From: a virus
Taxonomy: Duplodnaviria > Caudoviricetes
DNA: 55,043 nt
Reading direction: 5' to 3' (one strand)
IMG/VR virus record: IMGVR_UViG_3300048838_000123
Location: 1-55,043 of that record
Shown in pieces: positions 27,296-34,794 of the stretch. The notes beneath the pieces are model-generated. The model did no database searches. It saw only the letters and a list, made by a program, of their open reading frames with translations, and had not been told where the DNA came from. A program made the position numbers and the translations under genes. How positions within the stretch are numbered: position 1 is the stretch's first letter; each line of letters opens with the position of its first letter.

Positions 27296-27368
27296 ATTAT
27301 ACCCCTGGCGCCGACGATGTCACCCCTGACAGCCGTCCCATGTTACCCGTGACATTCGCCGGGACGGG
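27296..27368 (-). promoter_or_regulatory. Class B promoter module 3
   Basis: GTGACA-N16-TATAAT-N6-ATG; GTC boxes spaced 23 and 12 bp. Confidence 0.8.
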
Positions 27369-27376
27369 CTCTGGGC

Positions 27377-27417
27377 AACAAAAATGGCACGATTATTGTC
27401 AACCGTGCCATTTATTG
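27377..27417 (-). terminator. Rho-independent terminator
   Basis: AAATGGCACG / CGTGCCATTT stem with T-rich tail right after stop 27418. Confidence 0.7.
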
Positions 27418-27699
27418 TCACCAGACGTTCGGGGTGTCGAGATAGATTTCAAGGGTGCCAGAAGTGCCATATTTGCCCTCAGGGATAAACGCATTGAACA
27501 CTTCGTCGCTCGGGAGGTCGAAACCGAACCAATCTGGCACGTCAACGCCCATTACTTCAATGCCGCGCGCATTTGGCCATTTATACAACATAACGCGTAC
27601 GGTATGTGTATTAGGGGCGACACGCGACACGTTTTTGTCGAACCAGGCGTTTCGTATCAAACCGCACACGATGAGTCGGGCTTCCGCTTGTGTAATCAT
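27418..27699 (-). CDS. Hypothetical protein
   Basis: Start refined to ATG 27699 (AAGGAG SD). Confidence 0.7.
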   Translation of the reverse strand: MITQAEARLIVCGLIRNAWFDKNVSRVAPNTHTVRVMLYKWPNARGIEVMGVDVPDWFGFDLPSDEVFNAFIPEGKYGTSGTLEIYLDTPNVW

Positions 27700-27718
27700 T
27701 TTATTGTCTCCTTCGGCA

Positions 27719-28012
27719 CTAAAGCGACCGGTATGTCGGAACTGACGGCAAAGCGTACACAGTGCCACGAGACTTCTTGTCGCCGCGAATAAAGAGTTCA
27801 TACTTGCACACCTTCCCGATAGTTACAAGATATGACAATTCGCGTCGCACCATGCTATATGTCGCGCCATCGATTGCCAGTGCACACTTCTCGACGATAT
27901 ACTCTTCGAATGCATAGTCACAAACGGGTGTGCTTGCACGCTTCGTCAGCAACGCCATAATCCACTGCTGCACCTGTTGCTCTGGTGTCATGGTTTCTGT
28001 TGTGTGTTCCAT
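27719..28012 (-). CDS. Small winged-helix-like protein (leaderless)
   Basis: WIMALL...TYSMVRRELSYLVTIGKV...VYAL pattern. Confidence 0.6.
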   Translation of the reverse strand: MEHTTETMTPEQQVQQWIMALLTKRASTPVCDYAFEEYIVEKCALAIDGATYSMVRRELSYLVTIGKVCKYELFIRGDKKSRGTVYALPSVPTYRSL

Positions 28013-28018
28013 GGCTTG

Positions 28019-28077
28019 ATTATACCCCCCGGCCGCCGAATAGCACGCCGGACAAACGCCTCATTGTTCCCGGTACA
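28019..28077 (-). promoter_or_regulatory. Class B promoter module 4
   Basis: GTGCTA-N16-TATAAT-CAAGCC-ATG. Confidence 0.8.
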
Positions 28078-28231
28078 TTCAACATGACTAGTAAGCCCCG
28101 CCAGCATGCCTGCCGCTAAGCCGCACCGCAGCGTCCCACGTGTGCAAGATTGACTGTTGTCGTTCCTACTAGTTCGTAGTGGGCGTGGCTACGATAGCGC
28201 CGTAGAGCCCCGCACGCCCCTTCTACTAATG

Positions 28232-28510
28232 TTATGAAAAGAACTCACCCCACTTGTATTCGTTGCCATCGTCGACGATCACGTTGACATCGAAGCCACC
28301 AGCAATGCACGCATTGCCGATCTGCGAGAAGTTGCCCATGTCGCGACGATTGCGGTCGACGAAACGCCTCGCGTTGCTTTCGCTGCCACATGCTGGCACC
28401 CAATCGTGTCGATTGACCTTGAGTTTGACCTGTGCGTTGCGTTCGTCTGAGATTGCGAACCACTTGTCCGCGATGTCTTCGTTGCGCACCAAAAGTTTAT
28501 AGTGTGTCAT
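28232..28510 (-). CDS. Hypothetical small protein
   Basis: Start refined to ATG 28510 (TAATG overlap; AGGTGG SD). Confidence 0.65.
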   Translation of the reverse strand: MTHYKLLVRNEDIADKWFAISDERNAQVKLKVNRHDWVPACGSESNARRFVDRNRRDMGNFSQIGNACIAGGFDVNVIVDDGNEYKWGEFFS

Positions 28511-28818
28511 TATGCTTCCACCTTCATGGCGACCAATGCAGGCTTGCCGCGCGCCTCGACGACAATTCCGTCGCGTGCGTACGTGTAGCGCCGCACATTC
28601 CATCCGTCCGACTTTAGCGCCTTGTGTGCCCGATCGCGCGCCTCGACTGTATCGTACGCCAAGTGCGATGTAGCGACGCCATTCACAAACTTCTTGTCAG
28701 TGTCTCCAAATAGTGCGTATGTTTTGTTCATTTGCCACTTTCCTTGCGATAAGCGATCAATGACGGTCCCATTCTGGGTTTTGCCACCTTTGGTATCCAT
28801 GCATCCAGTTTTGGTCAT
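28510..28818 (-). CDS. Hypothetical protein (alternative in-frame start at 28731)
   Basis: AGGAG SD before 28818 and AAGGA SD before 28731. Confidence 0.6.
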   Translation of the reverse strand: MTKTGCMDTKGGKTQNGTVIDRLSQGKWQMNKTYALFGDTDKKFVNGVATSHLAYDTVEARDRAHKALKSDGWNVRRYTYARDGIVVEARGKPALVAMKVEA

Positions 28819-28871
28819 TTTTGTTTCTCCTGGGGCGACAACTTGCGCTATCGCCCCACTCGTGTCGAATC

Positions 28872-29117
28872 TTATACGTCGAAGCGCCAACTCGCCGTAA
28901 GTGCGTTCTCGTCGCCGATTGCCGCACGCAACGTGTCTTGATCGAACTCAACGTCCTCAAACCACGATGTGTACATTTCGGGCGACACACTCCACGAATA
29001 GTTGCCACCTTCCGCCCACGCCCAGATGTCGACAACAAGTGCCGCGTTCAGGTGCGGGTGTGCCTGTCGCCAGGCGTTCGTCAGTACGGTTTGGATCCGG
29101 TTTCTGGCTTCTCTCAT
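28872..29117 (-). CDS. Hypothetical protein
   Basis: AGGAGG SD; follows a class B promoter. Confidence 0.7.
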   Translation of the reverse strand: MREARNRIQTVLTNAWRQAHPHLNAALVVDIWAWAEGGNYSWSVSPEMYTSWFEDVEFDQDTLRAAIGDENALTASWRFDV

Positions 29118-29140
29118 TTGTATGTACCTCCTACGCCTCT

Positions 29141-29200
29141 ATTGTACGCCCCTGGCGCACCCCCGGCACGCCGGACATCTGCCACGTTGTACCGGGGGGC
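29141..29200 (-). promoter_or_regulatory. Class B promoter module 5
   Basis: TGTCCGGC-GTGCCG-N17-TACAAT. Confidence 0.7.
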
Positions 29201-29214
29201 CTCTGTCATGTGCA

Positions 29215-29337
29215 CTACTTGGCGCCGAAGAACCGACACAGCTTCTGACCTTCGGTACGATTCTTGCGATCGGCTGCCGCCTTGCTGGGGATCTTGACAA
29301 TCTTTGCGATCCGGGTAGTTTTTGGTGTCTTGCTCAT
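29215..29337 (-). CDS. 40-aa basic protein (leaderless; MSKTPKTTRI...)
   Basis: ATG 6 nt after TATACT of a class A promoter. Confidence 0.6.
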   Translation of the reverse strand: MSKTPKTTRIAKIVKIPSKAAADRKNRTEGQKLCRFFGAK

Positions 29338-29343
29338 GTTATC

Positions 29344-29387
29344 AGTATATTCCGTCGAGATGAGACTAGTATGAGAATTACGTGAGA
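29344..29387 (-). promoter_or_regulatory. Class A phased-repeat promoter
   Basis: TCTCAC-N5-TCTCAT-N5-TCTCAT-N10-TATACT; shares 17 identical bp with 26423-26439. Confidence 0.8.
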
Positions 29388-29389
29388 GT

Positions 29390-29665
29390 TTAGGCTTGCC
29401 CGTCGTCCAGGTGCGCCCGGACAATAAAGTACGAATCCTTGGGCCACTGGTTCCAGCGATCGGACGATTCGTCGATGACGAGACCATTGACACGCTTCTG
29501 ACACGCTTGTTCCAACGCCTCGCACGACATGCCGAAGCGATAGAAGTACGTCCTCTTGATGGTGATTGTACCGTCTTTTGAGAACCGTACGGTGTCGCAC
29601 ACGTCGCACAGGGCTGCCTGGATCTCGTCTTTCTGCGTCTTGGTGAATTTGGTTATCTTAGCCAT
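29390..29665 (-). CDS. Hypothetical protein (leaderless)
   Basis: ATG 6 nt after TATACT. Confidence 0.75.
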   Translation of the reverse strand: MAKITKFTKTQKDEIQAALCDVCDTVRFSKDGTITIKRTYFYRFGMSCEALEQACQKRVNGLVIDESSDRWNQWPKDSYFIVRAHLDDGQA

Positions 29666-29671
29666 GGTTGT

Positions 29672-29742
29672 AGTATACGCCCCCGGCGACTAGAAGGCAC
29701 CCCGGACAAACGTCCCCAGTTCGCCGGGACGGTGCCGGGACG
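29672..29742 (-). promoter_or_regulatory. Class B promoter module 6
   Basis: GTGCCT-N17-TATACT-N6-ATG; GTCC boxes spaced 23 and 11 bp. Confidence 0.8.
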
Positions 29743-29750
29743 CAGGCAAT

Positions 29751-29775
29751 AAAAAAGAGCCGGGGGTCCGACTCT
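29751..29775 (-). terminator. Rho-independent terminator (distal of tandem pair)
   Basis: AGAGTCGG-ACCC-CCGGCTCT-TTTTT on minus strand. Confidence 0.7.
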
Positions 29776-29818
29776 ATTTGTTACCGCGGTTGACATTCGG
29801 TCCATACTTGACCGAGCC

Positions 29819-29859
29819 AAAAAGAAACCCGCGGTAGGATTGTGTCCCGCCGCGGGTTG
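29819..29859 (-). terminator. Rho-independent terminator (proximal of tandem pair)
   Basis: AACCCGCGG...CCGCGGGTT-TCTTTTT on minus strand. Confidence 0.7.
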
Positions 29860-29885
29860 TGCCGCACTCGATACGATTGTGTCGA

Positions 29886-30290
29886 TTATTCGACGCTCAG
29901 GCCCTCTTCGCCCTCGCTGCCGGCATCGCTCGCACCATCAGTGCCATCCGAGCGGAACTTCTTGTTCTTGTACACCGGGTTGAAACCCAGTTCCTTCAGC
30001 TGCTCGAACTGTTCAGCAGTGGCCATAACCACCACAGCGCGAGAACCAGCTGCGCGCGCGCCCTTGGTTGGTTGGCCCTTCGTCGCCTGGTACTTGTCCA
30101 GGCCGTCCTGCGGGATCACCCACTCGCCGTTCTCGGACTTCGTGGCGCCCTCGATGCGACCCTTGCGCAACAGTTGCGACATCTGCATATCACCGATATC
30201 AAGGTACCAAGCGGCACCACGAGTACCGGTATTGCCACTGGCATCGAAGACCTGGCGTTCGCGTTTGATGGTTTGCACGGTTTCTGACAT
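29886..30290 (-). CDS. Xis/MerR-like (HTH_17, BldC-type) DNA-binding protein
   Basis: AAWYLDI...SQLLRKGRIEGATK..GEWVIP...LDKY; AGGAG SD before ATG 30290. Confidence 0.75.
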   Translation of the reverse strand: MSETVQTIKRERQVFDASGNTGTRGAAWYLDIGDMQMSQLLRKGRIEGATKSENGEWVIPQDGLDKYQATKGQPTKGARAAGSRAVVVMATAEQFEQLKELGFNPVYKNKKFRSDGTDGASDAGSEGEEGLSVE

Positions 30291-30359
30291 GATTGTGTTT
30301 CTCCTGAAATTGAAAGAGTTTGCTTCGCACTCCCGTTGTTCGGTTGTGCCCATGGATGT

Positions 30360-30451
30360 AGTATCACCCGCGAAGCTGAAGATAGCCTGAATCGCACGTG
30401 AGAGTTTTCTCATCCGAATCCTCAGCTAGTACTCACACGATTGGGTATCAT
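30360..30451. promoter_or_regulatory. Back-to-back divergent class A promoters at the strand switch
   Basis: Minus: TCTCAC-N5-ATTCAG-N5-CTTCAG-N10-GATACT. Plus: TCTCAT-N6-CCTCAG-N5-ACTCAC-N9-TATCAT. Confidence 0.65.
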
Positions 30452-30496
30452 ATATTGCAAGCCGCAATCGAATAACCCGTTCTCTATACACGTGGG

Positions 30497-30895
30497 GTGA
30501 ATATGGACAAAATCAACAAGGCGGCAGCAGCTGGTGTCATCTTCTTCTCGGTGATACTCGCAGGGTTCGTAGGTGTCAAGATAGACCAGACAACAGTAGC
30601 ATTGCTTGGCGGTGCGTTCATTGGTCTCATCGTTGCCATACCTACGACGGCTCTTATCATGATTGTCGGAATGCGCAAGCGTGACGATACGCCGCGCAAT
30701 GTACACTATCATGACCAGCGCCGCGAGATGCCGATGCCGCCGCCCAGCTACTACCCGCAAGTCTCTCCCCCGCCACAGCAGTGGGATGGACAAGTGGTGA
30801 ACCCGCATCAGCAGCGCATGATCGCGCCGCCCGTTAAGCGACAGCACTACGTCATCGGAAGCAATGACGACAACGGAGTGCAGGAAGGTTGGTAA
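30497..30895 (+). CDS. Two-TM membrane protein with Pro/Gln-rich tail
   Basis: Two hydrophobic helices; TAATG-coupled to the FtsK gene. Confidence 0.75.
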   Translation: MNMDKINKAAAAGVIFFSVILAGFVGVKIDQTTVALLGGAFIGLIVAIPTTALIMIVGMRKRDDTPRNVHYHDQRREMPMPPPSYYPQVSPPPQQWDGQVVNPHQQRMIAPPVKRQHYVIGSNDDNGVQEGW

Positions 30896-32301
30896 TGGAC
30901 GCGCGACGCAAAGAAGAGCTGTGCGACATCGTTCAAGACGTATTCGACGCTCGCGAGATCCCCGTCAACATACAGGGAACTCGCGAGCTTCCTTCGTTTA
31001 TAGAACTGATGTGTGTGCCTGGAAGGGGTGTGGACATCAACGCCATCTCGCGCCAGGCAGGCAACATCTCTGTCGCCATTGGCATCCGCAACATTCGCAT
31101 CGCTGCTGCCAGGGGCTATGTCGCAATCCAAGTACCACTGGCAGAACGGCGGACGCTAAAGCTGACTGACTTGCTGTCGCGCGACCTGCCTACCAAGCCT
31201 ACGTTCGTACTAGGCCAGTCGGAGGAAGGCAACAACATCTACGCCGACCTCTCATCGCCAGACGTAGCGCACGTCGGCATCTTCGGTACAACAGGCAGCG
31301 GCAAGACTAATCTGCTGCACTGTATGGTAGGCAGCCTGTGCTACAACGTTCGACCCTCCCAGGTAGGCATTGTGCTGCTGGATCCCAAGCGCCGCGACCC
31401 TACGTCGTTCATGCGAGTCATAGCACCACATCTACTCGCACCCCCGTGCGTCGATACAAAGGACATGACGGCTGTGCTTCACCGTTGCGTCGCAGCAATG
31501 GAGCAACGCGTTGCAGGCCGGGTCAACGAACCTCGCATCGTGATCGTAGTCGATGAGCTAACCGACTGCATCAAGACGGGAGGCGATGTCTTCCTAAGCG
31601 CTGTGCAACGCATCGCCGCAAGAGGCAGGGAGGTGTGCGTACATCTAATCATGGCGACGCAGTACCCGACAGCACAGGCTGTGAGCAGTATCTTGAAGGC
31701 CAACATTCCCTTGCGCTTAGTCGGTCGCATGATGTCCAAACAGGAAGCAGTGGTGGCAGCGGGCGTAAAAGATAGCGGCGCAGAGGGCTTGCCAGGCAGG
31801 GGCTCGTTCGTTGCAGTTGCTGCAGGCCGCATTATACGGTTCGACGCACCGGTGTTCGATCTCTTGCCCGAGCGCGACGACATTATCGTCGACAGCACAC
31901 CCACTTCTACCGACGCATCGCTGCCTTCAACTGTCGTGTCGCAAGAGATAGTCGAGTACAGCCCGGACGCCGACACACAGCGCGTGTACGAATTGCTGCG
32001 GGATTCGTACGAGATTAGCGGCAACCAGCTAGCACTAAAGCTGACCGACGGCCGCAGCGGCTATGCAGGCATGTCGGTCATTAAGCGGGTCGACACAGCC
32101 CGCGCCAAGGCCGAACGCATGCTCATCGAAGAGTGGACTGAAGCCGCGCGCCTGCTAATGCAACAGAACCCTACATGGGGTGTGATGGAGATGACCCGCG
32201 CGCTTGTAGGCCGCAGCTTGTCGGGCAAGAGGCTGTCCGCAACCATGGCGCTCATCTACAACTCTGTTGCTTCTGCTTCTTCTGGCCGCTCAAATCCCTA
32301 G
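30895..32301 (+). CDS. FtsK/SpoIIIE-family DNA translocase lacking N-terminal TM domain
   Basis: HVGIFGTTGSGKT, LLDPK, IVVDEL, RGREVCVHLIMATQYP, GAEGLPGRG. Confidence 0.9.
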   Translation: MDARRKEELCDIVQDVFDAREIPVNIQGTRELPSFIELMCVPGRGVDINAISRQAGNISVAIGIRNIRIAAARGYVAIQVPLAERRTLKLTDLLSRDLPTKPTFVLGQSEEGNNIYADLSSPDVAHVGIFGTTGSGKTNLLHCMVGSLCYNVRPSQVGIVLLDPKRRDPTSFMRVIAPHLLAPPCVDTKDMTAVLHRCVAAMEQRVAGRVNEPRIVIVVDELTDCIKTGGDVFLSAVQRIAARGREVCVHLIMATQYPTAQAVSSILKANIPLRLVGRMMSKQEAVVAAGVKDSGAEGLPGRGSFVAVAAGRIIRFDAPVFDLLPERDDIIVDSTPTSTDASLPSTVVSQEIVEYSPDADTQRVYELLRDSYEISGNQLALKLTDGRSGYAGMSVIKRVDTARAKAERMLIEEWTEAARLLMQQNPTWGVMEMTRALVGRSLSGKRLSATMALIYNSVASASSGRSNP

Positions 32302-32339
32302 CGAAAGCAGCAGTAGAAGAAGTAGAAGAAGCGGGTGTC

Positions 32340-32393
32340 ATTAAGGAAGGTATAAGTTTTCGCTCAGATGCAAATCAGTTGCTTCCGTATAAT
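32340..32393 (+). promoter_or_regulatory. Class A phased-repeat promoter
   Basis: ATTAAG-N5-TATAAG-N5-GCTCAG-N5-AATCAG-N9-TATAAT, 8 nt before ATG. Confidence 0.7.
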
Positions 32394-32401
32394 AAGGCCG
32401 C

Positions 32402-33007
32402 ATGAATATTGCACAAGCAGCGAACTACCTTTACGGCAAGGGCATTGAGATCGGCGAGATGCGAGTGCGTAAGCTTTGCATGGCCGGCGATATCAAGGCA
32501 ACCAAAGACGCAGACAACCGGTGGACCGTTGAAGCGAGTGATCTCGACGACTACATTGGGCGGCGTGCCAATCGTACGCCCGCTGCGCAAGTACGCAAGC
32601 CTAGGACAGTCGAGACGCCGTACGAAGTTGCAACGTACCACAACACGCCGCGACCGAGTGCACCAGACGACGAGTACGTGCCACAAGGTAAACCGTATGT
32701 TATCTACATTCCCCCGATGCTGTTGCGGGAAGCCAACGAGTTCCTGAACTCAAGGGGCATCCTGACACAGTCGGCATATCACTTCAGTAAGCGGCGCGCT
32801 TGGGCGTGGCAGCAAGCACACGCAGCGTCTGCAGCTGAAGGCAAGGAGTTCGATCCACGTGCATTCTTTGCTAGAACAGCGGGCACGACACCGGAGCAGT
32901 GGTTCAGTGTCCAAAACCCGGACCGGCCCCTCCCGCCCGAACCAGATGCGGCTGACGAGATTGAAGCAGCACTCGAATCTGAAACCAATGCGACTACTAG
33001 CGATTGA
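32402..33007 (+). CDS. Xis/MerR-like (HTH_17) DNA-binding protein with C-terminal extension
   Basis: MNIAQAANYL...VRKLCMAGDIKATK...WTV..SDLDDY. Confidence 0.75.
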   Translation: MNIAQAANYLYGKGIEIGEMRVRKLCMAGDIKATKDADNRWTVEASDLDDYIGRRANRTPAAQVRKPRTVETPYEVATYHNTPRPSAPDDEYVPQGKPYVIYIPPMLLREANEFLNSRGILTQSAYHFSKRRAWAWQQAHAASAAEGKEFDPRAFFARTAGTTPEQWFSVQNPDRPLPPEPDAADEIEAALESETNATTSD

Positions 33008-33470
33008 CCCCGGTGGCACGACAGGCTTGTGCCTCATCCAACTCGACAGAGGTTGGGACCAGTTCGAGCTCATCGAGAGCGTTGAGTTCCCATGGCTCGA
33101 ACGGTTTCACATGTATGACTACATACGCCGCGTAGGCGCAGACATTCATGTCATCGAAGAGTTCAGGCTGTACCGACATGAAGCCATGAACCAGGTCGGC
33201 AGCGACTTCCCATCGTGCCAAGTTATTGGCGCTGTGGAGTACCTGCTGGAAGAGAAGGGCAAGAGGAAGAACCTGTTCTACCAGCCCGCATACGTAACCA
33301 AGAGCGTCGCGATCGAGAAGCGACATGAAGCGATGGTCGGCAAAGATAGCGAGCATCGCAAAGACGCCTACAAGCACGCACGCTACTGGGTGCTGCTAGC
33401 GACCAACAAAAATGACCACCCAAACAAGTCCATCCTCCAACGTGTATTTGACTCGCTGGTACCAAGATGA
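32988..33470 (+). CDS. RuvC-like Holliday junction resolvase
   Basis: Start refined to 32988; LLAIDPGGTTG, VIEEF, H.KDA. Confidence 0.8.
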   Translation: MRLLAIDPGGTTGLCLIQLDRGWDQFELIESVEFPWLERFHMYDYIRRVGADIHVIEEFRLYRHEAMNQVGSDFPSCQVIGAVEYLLEEKGKRKNLFYQPAYVTKSVAIEKRHEAMVGKDSEHRKDAYKHARYWVLLATNKNDHPNKSILQRVFDSLVPR

Positions 33471-34731
33471 AGCGGTGGACTTCACGCTGCGCCGCAACAG
33501 CTTGATCTGGCTACCGTTCGGCACAGGCAAGACCCTCATTGGCGCCCGTGCCATCTTGCGCGACGCGGAACTCAACGGCAAACGTGGCCGCTATCTGGTG
33601 GTGTGCCCAAAGCGTGCACGTGATCAGTGGCTCGATACGTTCCGCAACCTGGACGACTTCTACAGCCTCCACATCTGCGACCTTAGCAACCCGACTCCTG
33701 ACGTAATGAATGGCGACATCGTCATTACGCACTGGGAGATGCTACTGCGTAGCGACTGGCTGCAGATGCAAACGTGGACGACAGTCGTGCTCGATGAAGC
33801 ACACCGCATTCGCAATCGCAAGGCACAGCGCAGCAAGAAGGCCATCGCGCTAGATGCCCGCCACAAGATCGAGCTCACAGCAACACTGTTCGACAAGAGC
33901 ATCGATGAAGCGTGGCACGTCTTCCGGTGGCTGTACCCAAAGGTCTTCACCAGCTACCACCGCTTCCTTAACCAGTTCTGCGAAGTGTCCGAAGACTATT
34001 GGTCCGGCCGTAAGCAGGTCGTCGGCACGAAGAACGGAGAAGCACTTGCAAAGTTAATGTCCAAATTTGTCTATCACAAGACGTACGAAGACATTAGCGA
34101 CACCCTTCCACCGCTAGACATCGTCGTCGAACGCGTCGACATGTTGCCGCAGCAGCGCGCATTGTACGATCGCATGGATCGCCTGAACGACATCGTGTTC
34201 GATGACATGTTGATTCCCAACGGTTTGGCGAAGGCAGTACGCCTGCAGCAGGTCGGCACAGACCCTAGCCTGTTGGAGTACGCGGTAGGCAGTGGTAAGC
34301 TACAGTGGATCGATGAGTTCATGGAAGACCTGGATCAGCAAGCGATCATCTTCACTCGCTTCCGCAACACCGCAATAGCATTGGCGGCCAAGTACAATGC
34401 CCCTGTGCTTGTCGGCGGATCGCCACCGAGCGCTGCCGATGGCTTCAAGGCAGGTACAGACAAAGTTCTCTTCGGCACCATTGACAGCATGTCCGAATCA
34501 TTGGACTTCCCACGAGTAAACCTTGCTGTGTTCGTCGACAGTACATGGTCATCGCTACAGATGCAGCAAGCCATACATCGCATCTATCGACCTGCAGCAC
34601 CTAATCAACAGGCGAAGCGAGTGGTGCAGCTGTGCACTAGCGATACGGATGACCTGATCATCCAGGCAGGCGCCGGCAAGATAACCGAACAGCAGCTAGT
34701 TCATCAGCTGTTGCGTCTCACGAAACCTTAA
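33412..34731 (+). CDS. SNF2-like SF2 helicase
   Basis: YQ motif, GTGKT, LDEAH, LTAT, QAIHRIYR. Confidence 0.9.
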   Translation: MTTQTSPSSNVYLTRWYQDEAVDFTLRRNSLIWLPFGTGKTLIGARAILRDAELNGKRGRYLVVCPKRARDQWLDTFRNLDDFYSLHICDLSNPTPDVMNGDIVITHWEMLLRSDWLQMQTWTTVVLDEAHRIRNRKAQRSKKAIALDARHKIELTATLFDKSIDEAWHVFRWLYPKVFTSYHRFLNQFCEVSEDYWSGRKQVVGTKNGEALAKLMSKFVYHKTYEDISDTLPPLDIVVERVDMLPQQRALYDRMDRLNDIVFDDMLIPNGLAKAVRLQQVGTDPSLLEYAVGSGKLQWIDEFMEDLDQQAIIFTRFRNTAIALAAKYNAPVLVGGSPPSAADGFKAGTDKVLFGTIDSMSESLDFPRVNLAVFVDSTWSSLQMQQAIHRIYRPAAPNQQAKRVVQLCTSDTDDLIIQAGAGKITEQQLVHQLLRLTKP

Positions 34732-34770
34732 AAATTCTTTCAAGCGTATTTAAGGTTTGCTGATTAAAAT
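34716..34770 (+). promoter_or_regulatory. Class A phased-repeat promoter
   Basis: TCTCAC-N5-CTTAAA-N5-TTTCAA-N5-TTTAAG-N10-TAAAAT. Confidence 0.7.
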
Positions 34771-34794
34771 GGTAACTACGTATAGGAGCCCCGC

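Noticed and set aside
26693-29742. Repeated modules as a CRISPR or mini-array (a Cas4-like gene is present)
   Set aside because: Repeats are degenerate, contain -10 boxes and are separated by 200-1000 bp genes. The Cas4-like gene sits in the usual Sak4/SSB recombination module.
29790-29820. Perfect TTGACA as a plus-strand promoter
   Set aside because: No -10 hexamer at 16-18 bp and no downstream plus-strand gene
29886-33007. Lysogeny module implied by Xis-like genes
   Set aside because: No tyrosine or serine integrase, CI repressor or ParA recognised anywhere in the genome
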